Source: Eledone cirrhosa (lineage: Eukaryota). Taken from it: a stretch of DNA of 64,000 bases. The stretch is taken from positions 23,002,001 to 23,066,000 of the forward strand of contig OZ024765.1 in NCBI GenBank assembly GCA_964016885.1, written 5' to 3'. Below, one piece after another: positions 1 through 12,859 of the stretch (position 1 is its first letter; every line of letters starts with the position of its first letter). The translations under genes were made by a program, and so were the position numbers. The notes under the pieces are model-generated. The model was not told where the DNA came from and searched no databases. It was given only the letters and a program-made list of their open reading frames with translations.

Positions 1-615
1 CTTGTTGTGACACCTACATGACCACTTTACAGAGTGGACTGGGTACTTTTTGTCGTGACACCTACATGACCACTTTACAGAGTGGACTGGGTGCTTGTTG
101 TGACACCTACATGACCACTTTACAGTGTGGACTGGGTACTTTTTGTTGTGACACCTACACGACCACTTTACAGTGTGGACTGGGTGCTTGTTGTCGTGAC
201 ACCTACATGACCACTTTACAGTGTGGACTGGGTACTTTTTGTTGTGACACCTACACGACCACTTTACAGTGTGGACTGGGTGCTTGTTGTCGTGACACCT
301 ACATGACCACTTTACAGTGTGGACTGGGTGCTTGTTGTCGTGACACCTACATGACCACTTTACAGTGTGGACGGGAGGCTTCACTAGGTATGCTTCAGCC
401 TCTCCTCATGGGAAATGTATGGAAGAGTGGGGTGGAGGTGAGGGTGGTGTATATTCTATCTATGCTTCAGCTTAAGCCTGTGCCCATGGGAAGGCAGGTC
501 TTCTCATCGTCTTAGAGAGGTGTAATTGAGCAACATCAGCTTTTATCACCTCATCCCAAGTCTTCCTGGGTCTCCTCACTCCAAGGCTCCATCGACTTTA
601 AGCGCTCTGCATTTT
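1..615 (-). mobile_element. RTE LINE 3' fragment with a tandemly amplified 42-45 bp 3'UTR segment (1-375)
   Basis: 540-610 matches the RTE ORF end (GRPRKTWDEVIKAD on -), as at 29280-29360; repeat unit cgtgacacctac...cagtgtggactgggtgct resembles RTE 3'UTR segments elsewhere in the window. Confidence 0.65.
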
Positions 616-621
616 AATTCT

Positions 622-2110
622 GTTAGATTCCCGGACTTCCACACGGGAATATACCGCGACGATGGACTGACCTTATCGAGCCATAAAACTGGTCACGACC
701 TCGACCGGTTTAAAACCGACTTAGCTTCTACCTTCAATGAGTTAGGACTTAGGATAACAGTAGCTACCAACCTCTCTAGCGTAGATTTCTTAGACATTAA
801 TTTAGACCTTCGCACACACACCCACAGACCCTTCCATAAGCTTAACGAAAAACTCAATTACATTCACAAGGACTCATGCCACCCTCCCACTGTTTTTAGA
901 AACTTTGTAAATAATATCAGTACTAGAATTTCAAACCTCTTCTCTAATAAGGCTATCTTTGACAGAGTGGCACCCTACTATAACACGGTGTTAGCTAACA
1001 GCGGCTTCTCGCAACCTAACACTTACTCTCCCACTAACAACAACAGCAATAAGAAAAGAAAGCGTAACAATAGACAAACTATCTGGTTCTCTCCTCCCTT
1101 CTCACTCAACGTTAAAACCAATGTAGGCAAACAATTTCTAGCCCTCTTAGATAGACACTTCCCCATAGGTCATAAATACCGCTCCATGTTTAACCGACAC
1201 AAAGTAAAACTAGGATACTCCTGCGCTAAGAACATGAAGGCCCACATCACCAAAAGCCCTAAGAGCGACACCCCACCAGGGTGCTCTTGCCGTAAGCCCA
1301 AAGTTTGTCCCCTTCAACAGCAGTGCAACACACCCACTGTAATTTATGAAGCTGTGGTCACTTCCAACCGACCAAATCAACCACAGGAGGTCAAATTCTA
1401 TGTGGGTATGGCGGAGGGCTGATTTAAGGAACGCTTCCTGAACCACCAGTCGACCTTTAGGTACCCGGACAGACGTTCATCCACGAAACTCGCGAGCCAC
1501 GTATGGTCCCTCAAGGACTCAAATATAGACTACTCCATTAAATGGAAAGCCATCACTAAGTCCAAGCCATACGCAAGGGGCAATCCGTCGGTGGACTATG
1601 TTCTGATGAACAAATAAATATTCTAAAGAGATTACGCAATAGTGATTGCCTAAACTCAAGAAATGAATTCTTCACACGTTGTCCACACGTCTGGAAACAC
1701 CTCTTACATAACTACAAAGCTCCGGAGTGAATTGCAACAACATCCTAATTTTCTTATCAACTAGAAACTTTTGGACTTTCGCAGTTATCTCCCTTACACC
1801 TCTCGCACACAATTTAGTATTGCCTGTGTGAAGTGATCGTTTCTGCGCGTGCGCATTCGTACGGTTGTCCTTCCTGTTCCGTATAACCATATCCATTACA
1901 AGCTGAGGATCCGCTAAGGTGAAACAATTATTCTCGGTATGGTGAACTAACTGTTGTGTAACCACTTCTACCTAACTCGTCCCATGGACTGAGTGCTCTA
2001 CCACTACAGATATTACCTTCTAGTGTTCTACCATTATATATACATAATTAGCTGTTGAAACGGCAAGAGCTCAGCCATCAGGGACCTGACTCCTTCATAT
2101 ATATAAGTAG
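622..2110 (+). mobile_element. Penelope-like retroelement, 5'-truncated and inactivated
   Basis: RT C-terminus (IYRDDGL, VDFLDINLDL, YIHKDSCHPP), Cys-rich linker (CSC...CPLQQQC), GIY-YIG endonuclease (VIYEA...FYVGMAEG*FKERFLNH) with a stop at 1420-1422; degenerate hammerhead core CTGAGGA...GAAAC at 1903-1925. Confidence 0.88.
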
Positions 2111-2253
2111 TGGCTCTACCTGGAGTGACTCCCTCACACTATGCACTCTATCAAGTTATGTTACTCCAGAGACCCTTCGAAGGAACCCCATTTCGGTCAT
2201 TATCCAAGATTCATGACCATAGGTAAGGGGTGGCATAAATACCGAATTGAGTT

Positions 2254-5200
2254 AGGCTGTTATACCTACCTCCCTTTTTCTGGCTGTTACACCTACCTCC
2301 CTTCTGGCTGTTACACCTACCTCCCTCATGGCTGTTACATCTACCTCCCTTCTGGCTGTTACACCTACCTCCCTTTTTCTGGCTGTTACACCTACCTCCC
2401 TTCTGGCTGTTACACCTACCTCCCTCATGGCTGTTACATCTACCTCCCTTCTGGCTGTTACACCTACCTCCCTTTTTCTGGCTGTTACACCTACCTCCCT
2501 TCTGGCTGTTACACCTACCTCCCTCATGGCTGTTACATCTACCTCCCTTCTGGCTGTTACACCTACCTCCCTTTTTCTGGCTGTTACACCTACCTCCCTT
2601 CTGGCTGTTACACCTACCTCCCTCATGGCTGTTACATCTACCTCCCTTCTGGCTGTTACACCTACCTCCCTTTTTCTGGCTGTTTCACCTACCTCCCTTC
2701 TGGCTGTTACACCTACCTCCCTTCTGGCTGTTACACCTACCTCCCTTTTTCTGGCTGTTACACCTACCTCCCTTCTGGCTGTTACTTCTACCTCCCTTCT
2801 GGCTGTTACACCTACCTCCCTTCTGGCTGTTACACCTACCTCCCTTCTGGCTGTTACATCTACCTCCCTTCTTTTGGCTGTTACACCTACCTCCCTTCTG
2901 GTTGTTATACCTACCTCCCCTTTTCTGGCTGTTACATCTACCTCCCTTCTGGCTGTTACATTTACCTCCCATCTTTTGGCTGTTACACCTACCTCCCTTC
3001 TGGCTGTTACATCTACCTCCCTTCTTTTGGCTGTTACATCTACCTCCCTTCTGGTTGTTATACCTACCTCCCTTTTTCTGGCTGTTACACTTACCTCCCT
3101 TCTGGCTGTTACACCTACCTCCCTTCTGGCTGTTACAACTACCTCCCTTCTGGCTGTTACACCTACCTCCCTTCTGGCTGTTACACCCACCTCCCTTCTG
3201 GCTGTTACCCCTACCTCCCTCCTGGCTGTTACACCTACCTCCCTTCTGGCTGTTACACCTACCTCCCTTCTGGCTGTTACACCTACCTCCCTTCTGGCTG
3301 TTACCCCTACCTCCCTTCTGGCTGTTACACCTACCTTCCTTCTGGCTGTTACACCTACCTCCCTTCTGGCTGTTACACCCACCTCCCTTCTGGCTGTTAC
3401 CCCTACCTCCCTCCTGGCTGTTACACCTACCTCCCTCCTGGCTGTTACACCTACCTCCCTTCTGGCTGTTACACCTACCTCCCTTCTGGCTGTTACACCT
3501 ACCTCCCTTCTGGCTGTTACACCTACCTCCCTCCTGGCTGTTACACCTACCTCCCTTCTGGCTGTTACACCTACCTCCCTTCTGGCTGTTACACCTACCT
3601 CCCTCCTGGCTGTTACACCTACCTCCCTTCTGGCTGTTACACCTACCTCCCTTCTGGCTGTTACACCTACCTCCCTTCTGGCTGTTACACCTACCTCCCT
3701 TCTGGCTGTTACACCTACCTCCCTCCTGGCTGTTACACCTACCTCCCTTCTGGCTGTTACACCTACCTCCCTTCTGGCTGTTACACCTACCTCCCTTCTG
3801 GCTGTTACACCTACCTCCCTTCTGGCTGTTACACCTACCTCCCTCCTGGCTGTTACACCTACCTCCCTTCTGGCTGTTACACCTACCTCCCTTCTGGCTG
3901 TTACACCTACCTCCCTCCTGGCTGTTACACCTACCTCCCTTCTGGCTGTTACACCTACCTCCCTTCTGGCTGTTACACCTACCTCCCTTCTGGCTGTTAC
4001 ACCTACCTCCCTTCTGGCTGTTACACCTACCTCCCTCCTGGCTGTTACACCTACCTCCCTTCTGGCTGTTACACCTACCTCCCTTCTGGCTGTTACACCT
4101 ACCTCCCTTCTGGCTGTTACACCTACCTCCCTTCTGGCTGTTACACCTACCTCCCTTCTGGCTGTTACCCCTACCTCCCTTCTGGCTGTTACACCTACCT
4201 TCCTTCTGGCTGTTACACCTACCTCCCTTCTGGCTGTTACACCCACCTCCCTTCTGGCTGTTACCCCTACCTCCCTTCTGGCTGTTACACCTACCTCCCT
4301 CCTGGCTGTTACACCTACCTCCCTTCTGGCTGTTACCCCTACCTCCCATCTGGCTGTTACACCTACCTCCCTTCTGGCTGTTACCCCTACCTCCCTTTTT
4401 CTGGCTGTTACATCTACCTCCCTTCTTTTGGCTGTTACACCTACCTCCCTTCTGGCTGTTACACCTACCTCCCTTCTGGCTGTTACACCTACCTCCCTTC
4501 TGGCTGTTACACCTACCTCCCTTCTGGCTGTTACACCTACCTCCCTTCTGGCTGTTACACCTACCTCCCTTCTGGCTGTTACACCTACCTCCCTTCTGGC
4601 TGTTACACCTACCTCCCTTCTGGCTGTTACACCTACCTCCCTTCTGGCTGTTACAACTACCTCCCTTCTGGCTGTTACACCTACCTCCCTTCTGGCTGTT
4701 ACAACTACCTCCCTTCTGGCTGTTACACCCACCTCCCTTCTGGCTGTTACACCCACCTCCCTTCTGGCTGTTACACCCACCTCCCTTCTGGCTGTTACAC
4801 CTACCTCCCTTTTTCTGGCTGTTACACCTACCTCCCTCCTGGCTGTTACACCTACCTCCCTTCTGGCTGTTACACCTACCTCCCTTCTGGCTGTTACACC
4901 TACCTCCCTTCTGGCTGTTACACCTACCTCCCTTCTGGCTGTTACACCTACCTCCCTTCTGGCTGTTACACCTACCTCCCTTCTGGCTGTTACACCTACC
5001 TCCCTTTTGGCTGTTACACCTACCTCCCTTTTGGCTGTTACACCTACCTCCCTTCTGGCTGTTACCCCTACCTCCCTTCTGGCTGTTACACCTACCTCCC
5101 TTTTTCTGGCTGTTACACCTACCTCCCTCCTGGCTGTTACACCTACCTCCCTTCTGGCTGTTACCCCTACCTCCCTTCTGGCTGTTACACCTACCTTCCT

Positions 5201-5396
5201 TCTGGCTGTTACACCTACCTCCCTCCTGGCTGTTACCCCTACCTCCCTTCTGGCTGTTACACCTACCTCCCTTCTGGCTGTTACACCTACCTCCCTTCTG
5301 GCTGTTACACCTACCTCCCTTCTGGCTGTTACACCTACCTCCCATCTGGCTGTTACACCTACCTCCCTTCTGGCTGTTACACCTACCTCCCTTCTA
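2254..5396. repeat. 24-bp minisatellite (tggctgttacacctacctcccttc), ~130 copies, with 27-bp variants
   Basis: Direct periodicity; ends ~80 bp before the 5477 exon. Confidence 0.97.
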
Positions 5397-5476
5397 ATTA
5401 CCAAATGCCCCAGCTGGTGCAATTGTTGCTGAAAGTATTTTATAAAATCCATTTCTTCTTCGTTGAATCTCCACAG

Positions 5477-5607
5477 AATTCATCTCCAGTCGAAATGCAT
5501 CTGATATTCCGGTGCACCAGCTGCGCAACAGATGTCTGCAGCCATTCCAGATGGCGCTGGAGACTCGCACCAAGAGACTCAGTAACTTGGCTATCAAAGG
5601 CATCGAG
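5477..5607 (+). CDS. ARFGEF3: ARFGEF3/BIG3 coding exon (first in window; phase 1 in, phase 0 out)
   Basis: ccacag|AATTC...ATCGAG|gtttgt; (E)FISSRNASDIPVHQLRNRCLQPFQMALETRTKRLSNLAIKGIE resembles the recalled BIG3 N-terminus (IPPHVLREKCLLPLQLALESKNVKLA). Not in the ORF track. Confidence 0.88.
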
Positions 5608-5739
5608 GTTTGTTGATGTTATTACCACCCCCATTCTTCTTTCTACTCTCACTTCTCTCTTTCCTCCCACCTCCATTGTTCTCACTCTGTCTCTCCCTTT
5701 CCTCTTTCCCTTTCCTCTTTCCCTCCTCTCTAGTAAATG

Positions 5740-6140
5740 GTGATGATATGATGATGATGACCACCACCACCACCATCACCACCACCACCAACATCATCAC
5801 CACCTTCATCACCACCACCATCATCAGCACTACCATCAGCACCACCATCAGCACCACCATCATCACCACCATCATCACCACCATCACCACCACCACCACC
5901 ACCACCACCACCACCACACCACCACCATCACCACCACCATCACCACCAACATCACCACCACCATCATCACCACCACTACCATCACCACCACCATCACCAC
6001 CACCACCAACATCATCACCACCATTATCACCACCATCAGCACTACCATCACCACCACCACCACCAACATCACCACCACCACCACCACCACCATCACCACC
6101 ACCACCATCACCACCACCACCATCACCACCACCACCATCA
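5740..6140. repeat. (CAC/CAT)n trinucleotide low-complexity tract
   Basis: Direct observation; intronic. Confidence 0.95.
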
Positions 6141-6211
6141 TCTGTAGCCATCCCCTTCCATACGCCACCCTCCAATATTCAGTCATATAATGTTATAATG
6201 TCTCTCTGCAG

Positions 6212-6346
6212 CTCATACTTCAAGACGACCAATTTCAGTCAAGTCTGGAGTCTGAGAGTGAAGAGGACTGGATGCCAATTCAGATACTAAACACTGTATA
6301 TTCCACACCTCACCTACAGGAGGAGGCTCAGGTGGAAATTCTTAAG
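6212..6346 (+). CDS. ARFGEF3: ARFGEF3/BIG3 coding exon
   Basis: ctgcag|CTC...CTTAAG|gtaagc; 135 nt, LILQDDQFQSSLESESEEDWMPIQILNTVYSTPHLQEEAQVEILK (cf. BIG3 QILNAVKVTPSLNEDLQVEVMK). Confidence 0.9.
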
Positions 6347-6387
6347 GTAAGCCCTACATAATATACATGTATATACACATATATATA

Positions 6388-6740
6388 TCATCATCATCAT
6401 TTCATCAGCATCATTTCATTTTACGTCCGCTTTTTCCCTGCTTGCAAGGGTGGGACGGGAACTGATTCTGGCTTGATTTCTACAGCTGGATGCCCTTCCT
6501 AACACCAACCTCATTTACAGTGAGTGCTGGGTGCTTTTTTGCCGTGGCACCTCCACGACCACTTTGCAGTGGAATGATATGGACCCCAGTCCCTATCATC
6601 TCATTTCTACAGCTGAGTAAACTGGAGCAATGTAAAATAAAGTGTCTTGCTCAAGGAAACAACACATCACCAGGTCTGAGAATTGAACTCACAACCTTTT
6701 GATTACAAGGCCAATGCTGTAACCACTAAGCCATGTGCCT
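6388..6740 (-). mobile_element. tRNA-derived CORE-type SINE (family A)
   Basis: A/B-box head (tggcttagtgg...gagttcaattc), MIR-core-like segment (ccttgagcaagacactt...ctcagctgtagaaatg), RTE-like tail and (TGA)n end. Confidence 0.85.
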
Positions 6741-6824
6741 ATGTATATATAGGAGAGCCAACGGCCATCCAATAAATTTTTTTTTAGTGGAGCGAGACAT
6801 TCTTAATCTACATTAAAACATCTC

Positions 6825-7125
6825 TCTAGGAGAAGGTCACTCTGATATAAAACCTGCGACTTTGTTTCCATCCAATGTGTAGACCAGCTCTTCTTTTTGG
6901 GTAAATGCATTTGATGTCCAGAGACTTGGATTGGACCCATGCAAAGCCTTTCCTCACTTAAAAAAGCTTCAAGCACAGGCATCACTTGATATGTGACATT
7001 TTTTGCGATGCATGATATTGCTGGCCATAGGCAAGTCCCTAGCAGGACTAAAAAGCCACATCTGTGATGCTCATACTTAAGTATCAAGTGGTGGCATTAC
7101 TCGAAATTGAGTTGCAGCCTTTACG
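6825..7125. repeat. Unclassified dispersed repeat (related copies ~12445-12815 and ~14665-14850)
   Basis: Shared ctaggagaagg...ctctgatataa(a)acctgc...ctcact...agctt...gcacaggcat motifs in three places. Confidence 0.6.
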
Positions 7126-7129
7126 TATA

Positions 7130-7465
7130 TCATCATCATCATCATTTTATGTCCGCTTTTCCCTGCTTGCAAGGGTGGGACGGGAACTGATTCTAGCCTC
7201 ATTTCTACAGCTGGATGCCCTTCCTAACACCAACCTCATTTACAGTGAGTGCTGGGTGCTTTTTTGCCGTGGCACCTCCACGACCACTTTGCAGTGGAAT
7301 GATATAGGCCCCAGTCCCTATCATCTCATTTCTACAGCTGAGTAAACTGGAGCAATGTGAAATAAAGTGTCTTGCTCAAGGACACAACACATCACCCGGT
7401 CTGAGAATTGAACTCACAACCTGTCGATTACAAGGCCAATGCTCTAACCACTAAGCCATGTGCCT
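7130..7465 (-). mobile_element. SINE family A copy
   Basis: Near-identical to 6388-6740. Confidence 0.85.
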
Positions 7466-7871
7466 TTATATATGTATATAATTTGCAAGATTTCTTATCC
7501 GAAAACGTGTGTATAACAGATATTGTTATACTTTGATAGGGTCATGCTGCCAATAAAAACACACACATCTGTTTGGTTTCACTTCAATTTATTACAAACT
7601 CCCAATTGGTTAGTTTAATAACTGGATGATTGTTTAGTTGTTGATTGTCAAAGCTTCTTTGTCACACATTCTGTGACCTCCTCAGTGACTAATTTGCTAT
7701 TTTGTGTCTCTTCTTTGTTCTGTCTTAAACCATCCTGTGTGTTGTGAGCTGTGTACTTGGGCTGCACATGGGTTATATCTGGGCTTGTGTGGAACCTTTT
7801 AAAATGGGTGGTCTTGTTTTATAGAACCTGAGCTGGTTTTGGCCAGCCAGGTTGGTATCAAAAGTGTTAAT

Positions 7872-7989
7872 AGCCATCCACGCAACCCCTGACACAGCCA
7901 TCCACGCAACCCCTGACACAGCCATCCACGCAACCTCTGACACAGCCATCCACGCAACCTCTGACACAGCCATCCACGCGACCTCTGAC
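7872..7989. repeat. 24-bp minisatellite (cagccatccacgcaacc(c/t)ctgaca), ~5 copies
   Basis: Direct periodicity just upstream of the 8021 exon. Confidence 0.9.
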
Positions 7990-8020
7990 CTCTAACAAAT
8001 GCATATAATTATAATTTCAG

Positions 8021-8089
8021 TTGCTGCTAAATATGACATTCTCTACAGCCTGGTGTATGAATTCCAAGATTATTATTGAAATCTCACAG
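8021..8089 (+). CDS. ARFGEF3: ARFGEF3/BIG3 coding exon
   Basis: tttcag|TTG...TCACAG|gtacgt; 69 nt, LLLNMTFSTAWCMNSKIIIEISQ, phase 0-0. Confidence 0.88.
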
Positions 8090-8428
8090 GTACGTCTCAC
8101 ACCTTTCTCTTATCTCTCTCTCTCTCTCTCTCTCCAGGTGTCACACCTCTCTCACTCTCTCCCCCTCACTGGATGTCACCACACATCCTTCTATTACCAA
8201 TACAGTCGTGCCCCTCCCTCCTTGAATGTATATATAATAATGTATATATGTTATACATCTGCCTGTGGGTATATATAATAAATTATGTTGATTGTGTATA
8301 TAACAGTCTTTGTTGGTAGTACAATGTATGTATATATTATATATATATCTATCAGTGGATATATATAAAAATCTGTATATAATGTTATATATATACTGTA
8401 GGTATATATAAATGTCTATGTTGTTAAA

Positions 8429-8692
8429 ATAATTGTTTCTACGTTAGGCACAAGGCCAGCAACTACCCAGTGTATTACTGGTACTTTATTTTATCGACCC
8501 CGTAAGGATGAAAGGCAAAGTTAACCTTGGCGGGATTTGAACTCAGAATGGCAAGGGCAGTAACTCTATGCGTCAAAGCATGGCGTCCGACCCTCTACCG
8601 ATACTGCCAATCAATTTGAACTATGACTGTAAAGGGCCGTAACTCTATGCTGCATGGCGTCCGACCCTCTACCGATACTGCCAATCCCCCAC
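8429..8692 (-). mobile_element. tRNA-derived SINE family B (Nin/Deu-like central domain) with a duplicated head segment
   Basis: Head ggattggcagtatcggtaga...gagttcaaatcccgcc, central ctttgcctttcatccttacggggtcgataaaataaagtacc; domain name is from recall. Confidence 0.75.
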
Positions 8693-8872
8693 CTATGTTG
8701 GTAATATAATGTATATATGTTATATATATACTGTAGGTATATATAAAATTGTTTATTGGTATTTCTATGTATCTATGTTATATATCTGTAGGTGTATATA
8801 AAGGTCTTTGTTGGTATTTCCCTGTATGTATAATGTTATATATCTCTGTAGGTGTACATATATGTATATACA

Positions 8873-9688
8873 ATAGACAGCTTCTGCTACCTAGGTGACC
8901 GAATTATCAGCGGAGGTGGGTGTTCGGAAAGTACAATAACTAGGGTAAGAACGGGATGGAAGAAGTTTAGGGAACTACTGCCACTGTTAGCTGCAAAAGG
9001 CTTCTCCCTCAAAATGAAAGGCAGACTGTATGATGCGTGTATCCGAACAGCAATGTTACATGGTCGTGAGACCTGGGCGCTGAAGGTGGAAGACTTACGT
9101 AGATTAGAGAGAAACGAAGCCTGCATGCTCCGATGGATGTGTAATAGTAATATACGCGAACGGCAAAGTATAAATGAATTGAGAGAGAGACTGAGCATAA
9201 GAGGAATCAAATGCTGTGTGCAGAAGAGGAGGTTGCGTTGGTATGGGCATGTGATGCGTATGAAGGATGACAGCTGCATAAAAAGGTGCAGATAAAAGTC
9301 ACGGGTGGGGAGACCCAAGAAGACCTGGGATGAGGTGATAAAGGCCAACCTTACCCAATTACACCTCTCAAGAGCAATGACACACGACTGTGACCTCAGA
9401 ATACAGAAGACCCGACCCCCCACAGGAACAAGCTGAAGCTGAAGCATATAGACAATATGCCCCCACACCCTCTCACTGCAAAGTGGTCGTGGGGGTGCCA
9501 CGGCAAAAAAGCACCCAGCCCACACTGTAAATGAGGTTGGTGTTAGGAAGGGCATCCAGCTGTAGAAATCAAGCCAGAATCAGTTCCTGTATGAGCAAGA
9601 TATGGTCAGCTGACTGGACACTGCCCACAACAGGACAACCTGTCTAACCCATGCAAGCATGGAAGAACGGACGTAAAACGATGATGAT
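8873..9688 (+). mobile_element. RTE LINE 3' fragment (subfamily B)
   Basis: DSFCYLGD...GWKKFREL...RRLRWYGHVMRM, then 3'UTR and (GAT)n tail followed by (TA)n. Confidence 0.9.
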
Positions 9689-9880
9689 ATATATATATAT
9701 ATATATATATAGTATTAAGGATACTATTTATGGTTATGTATATACTAAAACTTTTTATAGTTATATATATTTTAAACCCTAAACAGTGAAAGACAGTAAT
9801 TTATTACTACCTTATTACCAGTAAGATAAATAGCTCAATGTAACAACATCAGTTGTTCTACAGAGCAGTTATATAGAAAT

Positions 9881-11116
9881 CACATGAATCAAAGTTCTGT
9901 TCAAACCATTTATTAGCTTACAATTGTTTCGTCCAAACCGAGGTTTCGGAGCAATTTTTCAATGATTGTTTACATAAATGACCTCCTTTCCAACACAGAC
10001 ATACAGAAACATATGTATATATTGATGCACAGTGGGGTGGCATCCATTATAATATTTTTGCTTGGCAATTTACATTCAAAAATTAAAATCAAAATCATAT
10101 TAAAACAAAATTAAAGTTAAAATACAAGATCGGCAGTTTACGAAGATAATGCAAGAGGTTAGATTGTTAGACATTTGAAGTAGTTAGTGCATGCAATATA
10201 TAAATAAGACACATGTGCATGTGGGACATGCACGTGTGTCTTATTTATATAAGATTATTGTGCGGCAAGGTGTTATATGCAATACAAGCACTTTAAGTGG
10301 GTAATCAAGAGTATTATGGGGGTTGTATTGGTAAAGTATTTTTTATGTATGATAAAGAAGCTTGTGTGCAGAGAAATATTAAAAATGATGTAAATATTAA
10401 AAATGGTATGAATTCTCGCAACAAAAACAACCTGCTCTATAAAATTGGATTAAAGTACACTGAGCCGCAACAAGCTGTAATAATCTAACCTAATACACCA
10501 AACATCCAATACTGAATCATCGTTAATTATGTGAAGGACATATAATCTATATATTACGTTTCCTGGATTGTGAAAATGGTGGTGTATACAAAAACCATAA
10601 CATTATTTTGCTTCTCATTTTTAATATTTCTCTGCACACAAGCTTCTTTATCATACATAAAAAATACTTTACCAATACAACCCCCATAATACTCTTGATT
10701 ACCCGCTTAAAGTGCTTGTATTGGATATAATACCTTGCCGCACAATAATGTTATAAATAAGACACACGTGCATGCCCCACGTGTAACTATTGCATGCACT
10801 AACTACTTCAAATGTCTAACAAACTATCCTCTTGCATTATCTTCGTAAACTGCCGATCTTGTATTTTAATTTTAATTTTGTTTTAATATGATTTTGATTT
10901 TAATTTTTGAATGTAAATTGCCAAGCAAAAATATTATAATGGATGCCACCCCACTGTGCATCAATATATACATATGTTTCTGTATGTCTCTTGTGTTGGA
11001 AAGGAGGTCATGTATGTAAAAAATCATTGAAAAATTGCTCCGAAGACTCCAAACCTCGGTTTGGACGAAACAATTGTAAGCTAATAAATGGTTTGAACAG
11101 AACTTTGATTCATGTG
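9881..11116. repeat. Large inverted repeat (~500-bp arms, ~225-bp spacer) with a degenerate hammerhead at 11037-11081
   Basis: 9881-10388 is the reverse complement of 10615-11116. Confidence 0.88.
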
Positions 11117-11315
11117 CATTGCCCTATGTACTGTACATGCACTTTTTAATGAGTTGTGGTGCACCTGGGCACTGTACACAATATTTCATTATTATTATTA
11201 TTATTATATCATGACTCATACACTGTTCATTTTCCTGACATTTGTACATTATTCTATGTACTATACATGCACCTTTGATGAGTTGTAGTGCACCTGAGCA
11301 CTGTACACAATAATT

Positions 11316-11355
<40 letters not shown>

Positions 11356-11703
11356 TATATAAACAACTATTTTGTTGGTACAGTGAGTGTATAATATTAC
11401 ATATCTGTGTAGATGTATATAAATATCTTTGTTGGTGGTACAATGAGTGTATGATGTTATATATCTCTCTAGATGTATATAACGGTCTTTGTTGGTAGGC
11501 TTATGTATGTATAATTTTATATATCTGTCTATAAAAATCTGTTGGAAGTTCCATGTTTGTATAATGCTATATATCTATCTGTAGGTGTATATAAAGATCT
11601 TTGTTGGTGGTACAATGAGTATATAATGTTATATATCTACCTGTAGATGTGTGTATATATATATGTACATATATATATATATGTACATATATATATATAT
11701 GTG

Positions 11704-11759
<56 letters not shown>

Positions 11760-11874
11760 AACTATTTTGGTAGGCCCATCCATGTATGTATAATGCTATA
11801 TATCTGTCTGTAGGTGTATATAAAGATCTTTGTTGGTGGTACAATGAGTATATATGTGTATATATATGTACATA

Positions 11875-11921
<47 letters not shown>

Positions 11922-11966
11922 GGTAGGCCCATCCATGTATGTATAATGCTATATATCTGTCTGTAG

Positions 11967-12092
11967 GTGTATATAAAGATCTTTGTTGGTGGTACAATGA
12001 GTGTACATACAGCTATTAAAGCCACCATCACTCAAATGTTGAGCAGTTTCACTAAGAAACTTCAGGAATCTGAGAAAACCAAGGCACCAAGG
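11967..12092 (+). CDS. ARFGEF3: ARFGEF3/BIG3 coding exon
   Basis: ctgtag|GTG...CCAAGG|gtatgt; 126 nt, VYIKIFVGGTMSVHTAIKATITQMLSSFTKKLQESEKTKAPR (cf. BIG3 SINTAVRATLSQML). Confidence 0.85.
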
Positions 12093-12859
12093 GTATGTTC
12101 CTTATTAACCTTAAGAGCATGTCGGTGACACCACCAGCCACAATGTGCCACCAAATATTCTGTGTTGTCTTGCAATGTCTGCCTAGTAGCTGCTTGTTTA
12201 CAGTAACGACTTTATTAATGAAGTGCTGTACTCTTTTAATTAATTATCTATTTATTTGAGAGTGTGTATGTATGTTTGTGTGGGTGTGTATGCTTATGTG
12301 TATATATCTGAATCTATGTGTGTGGGTGTGTGTATGTGTGTGGGTGTGTATGTTTGTGTGTGTATGTGTATATATGGGTGTATGTATGTATGTATGTATG
12401 TATATACGGGAGAGATGACCCCTTAGCCTTTGTCAAGGCAGAATTCTAGGAGAAGGAAAACTCTGATATAACACCTGCAACTCTGATGGTATCCAATGAT
12501 GTTGACTTGTTCTTCTTTTTGGTAAATATCATCTTGGTTAAGAGAGTGGGACTGGCTTTGTGCAGTGCCTTTACTCACTATAAAAGCTTCACGGCACAGG
12601 CATTGCTTTATATCTGGAGATCTCTCTGCACTTGTTGTCACATGGTACCATGGGCCCAGCACTATGTGTCAATAATTATCACAGGTGTAGTGTTTGTACC
12701 AGAGTTTTCAAGTCGCTGGCTGGACTAAAAAGTCACATTCGTTCAGCGCATCGGTAGGGGTTCTCCTACATGGATATAAAGTAGTGGCCGTACTCGAAAA
12801 CGAATTGGCAGCCACCATGTATATATCACATTGCTATCCTATCATAAACAACTAAAAGA

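Noticed and set aside
1895-1940. Active hammerhead in the Penelope-like element
   Set aside because: Core halves are present but stem III, the cleavage triplet and stem I do not pair convincingly; treated as a relic
2141-5743. 1200-aa and other 800-1066 aa ORFs in five frames
   Set aside because: Produced by a stop-free 24-bp minisatellite; the real exon at 5477-5607 uses a different frame from the 1200-aa ORF
5594-6290. Pro/Thr-rich extensin-like or Gly-rich ORFs
   Set aside because: (CAC)n intronic tract between two well-supported exons
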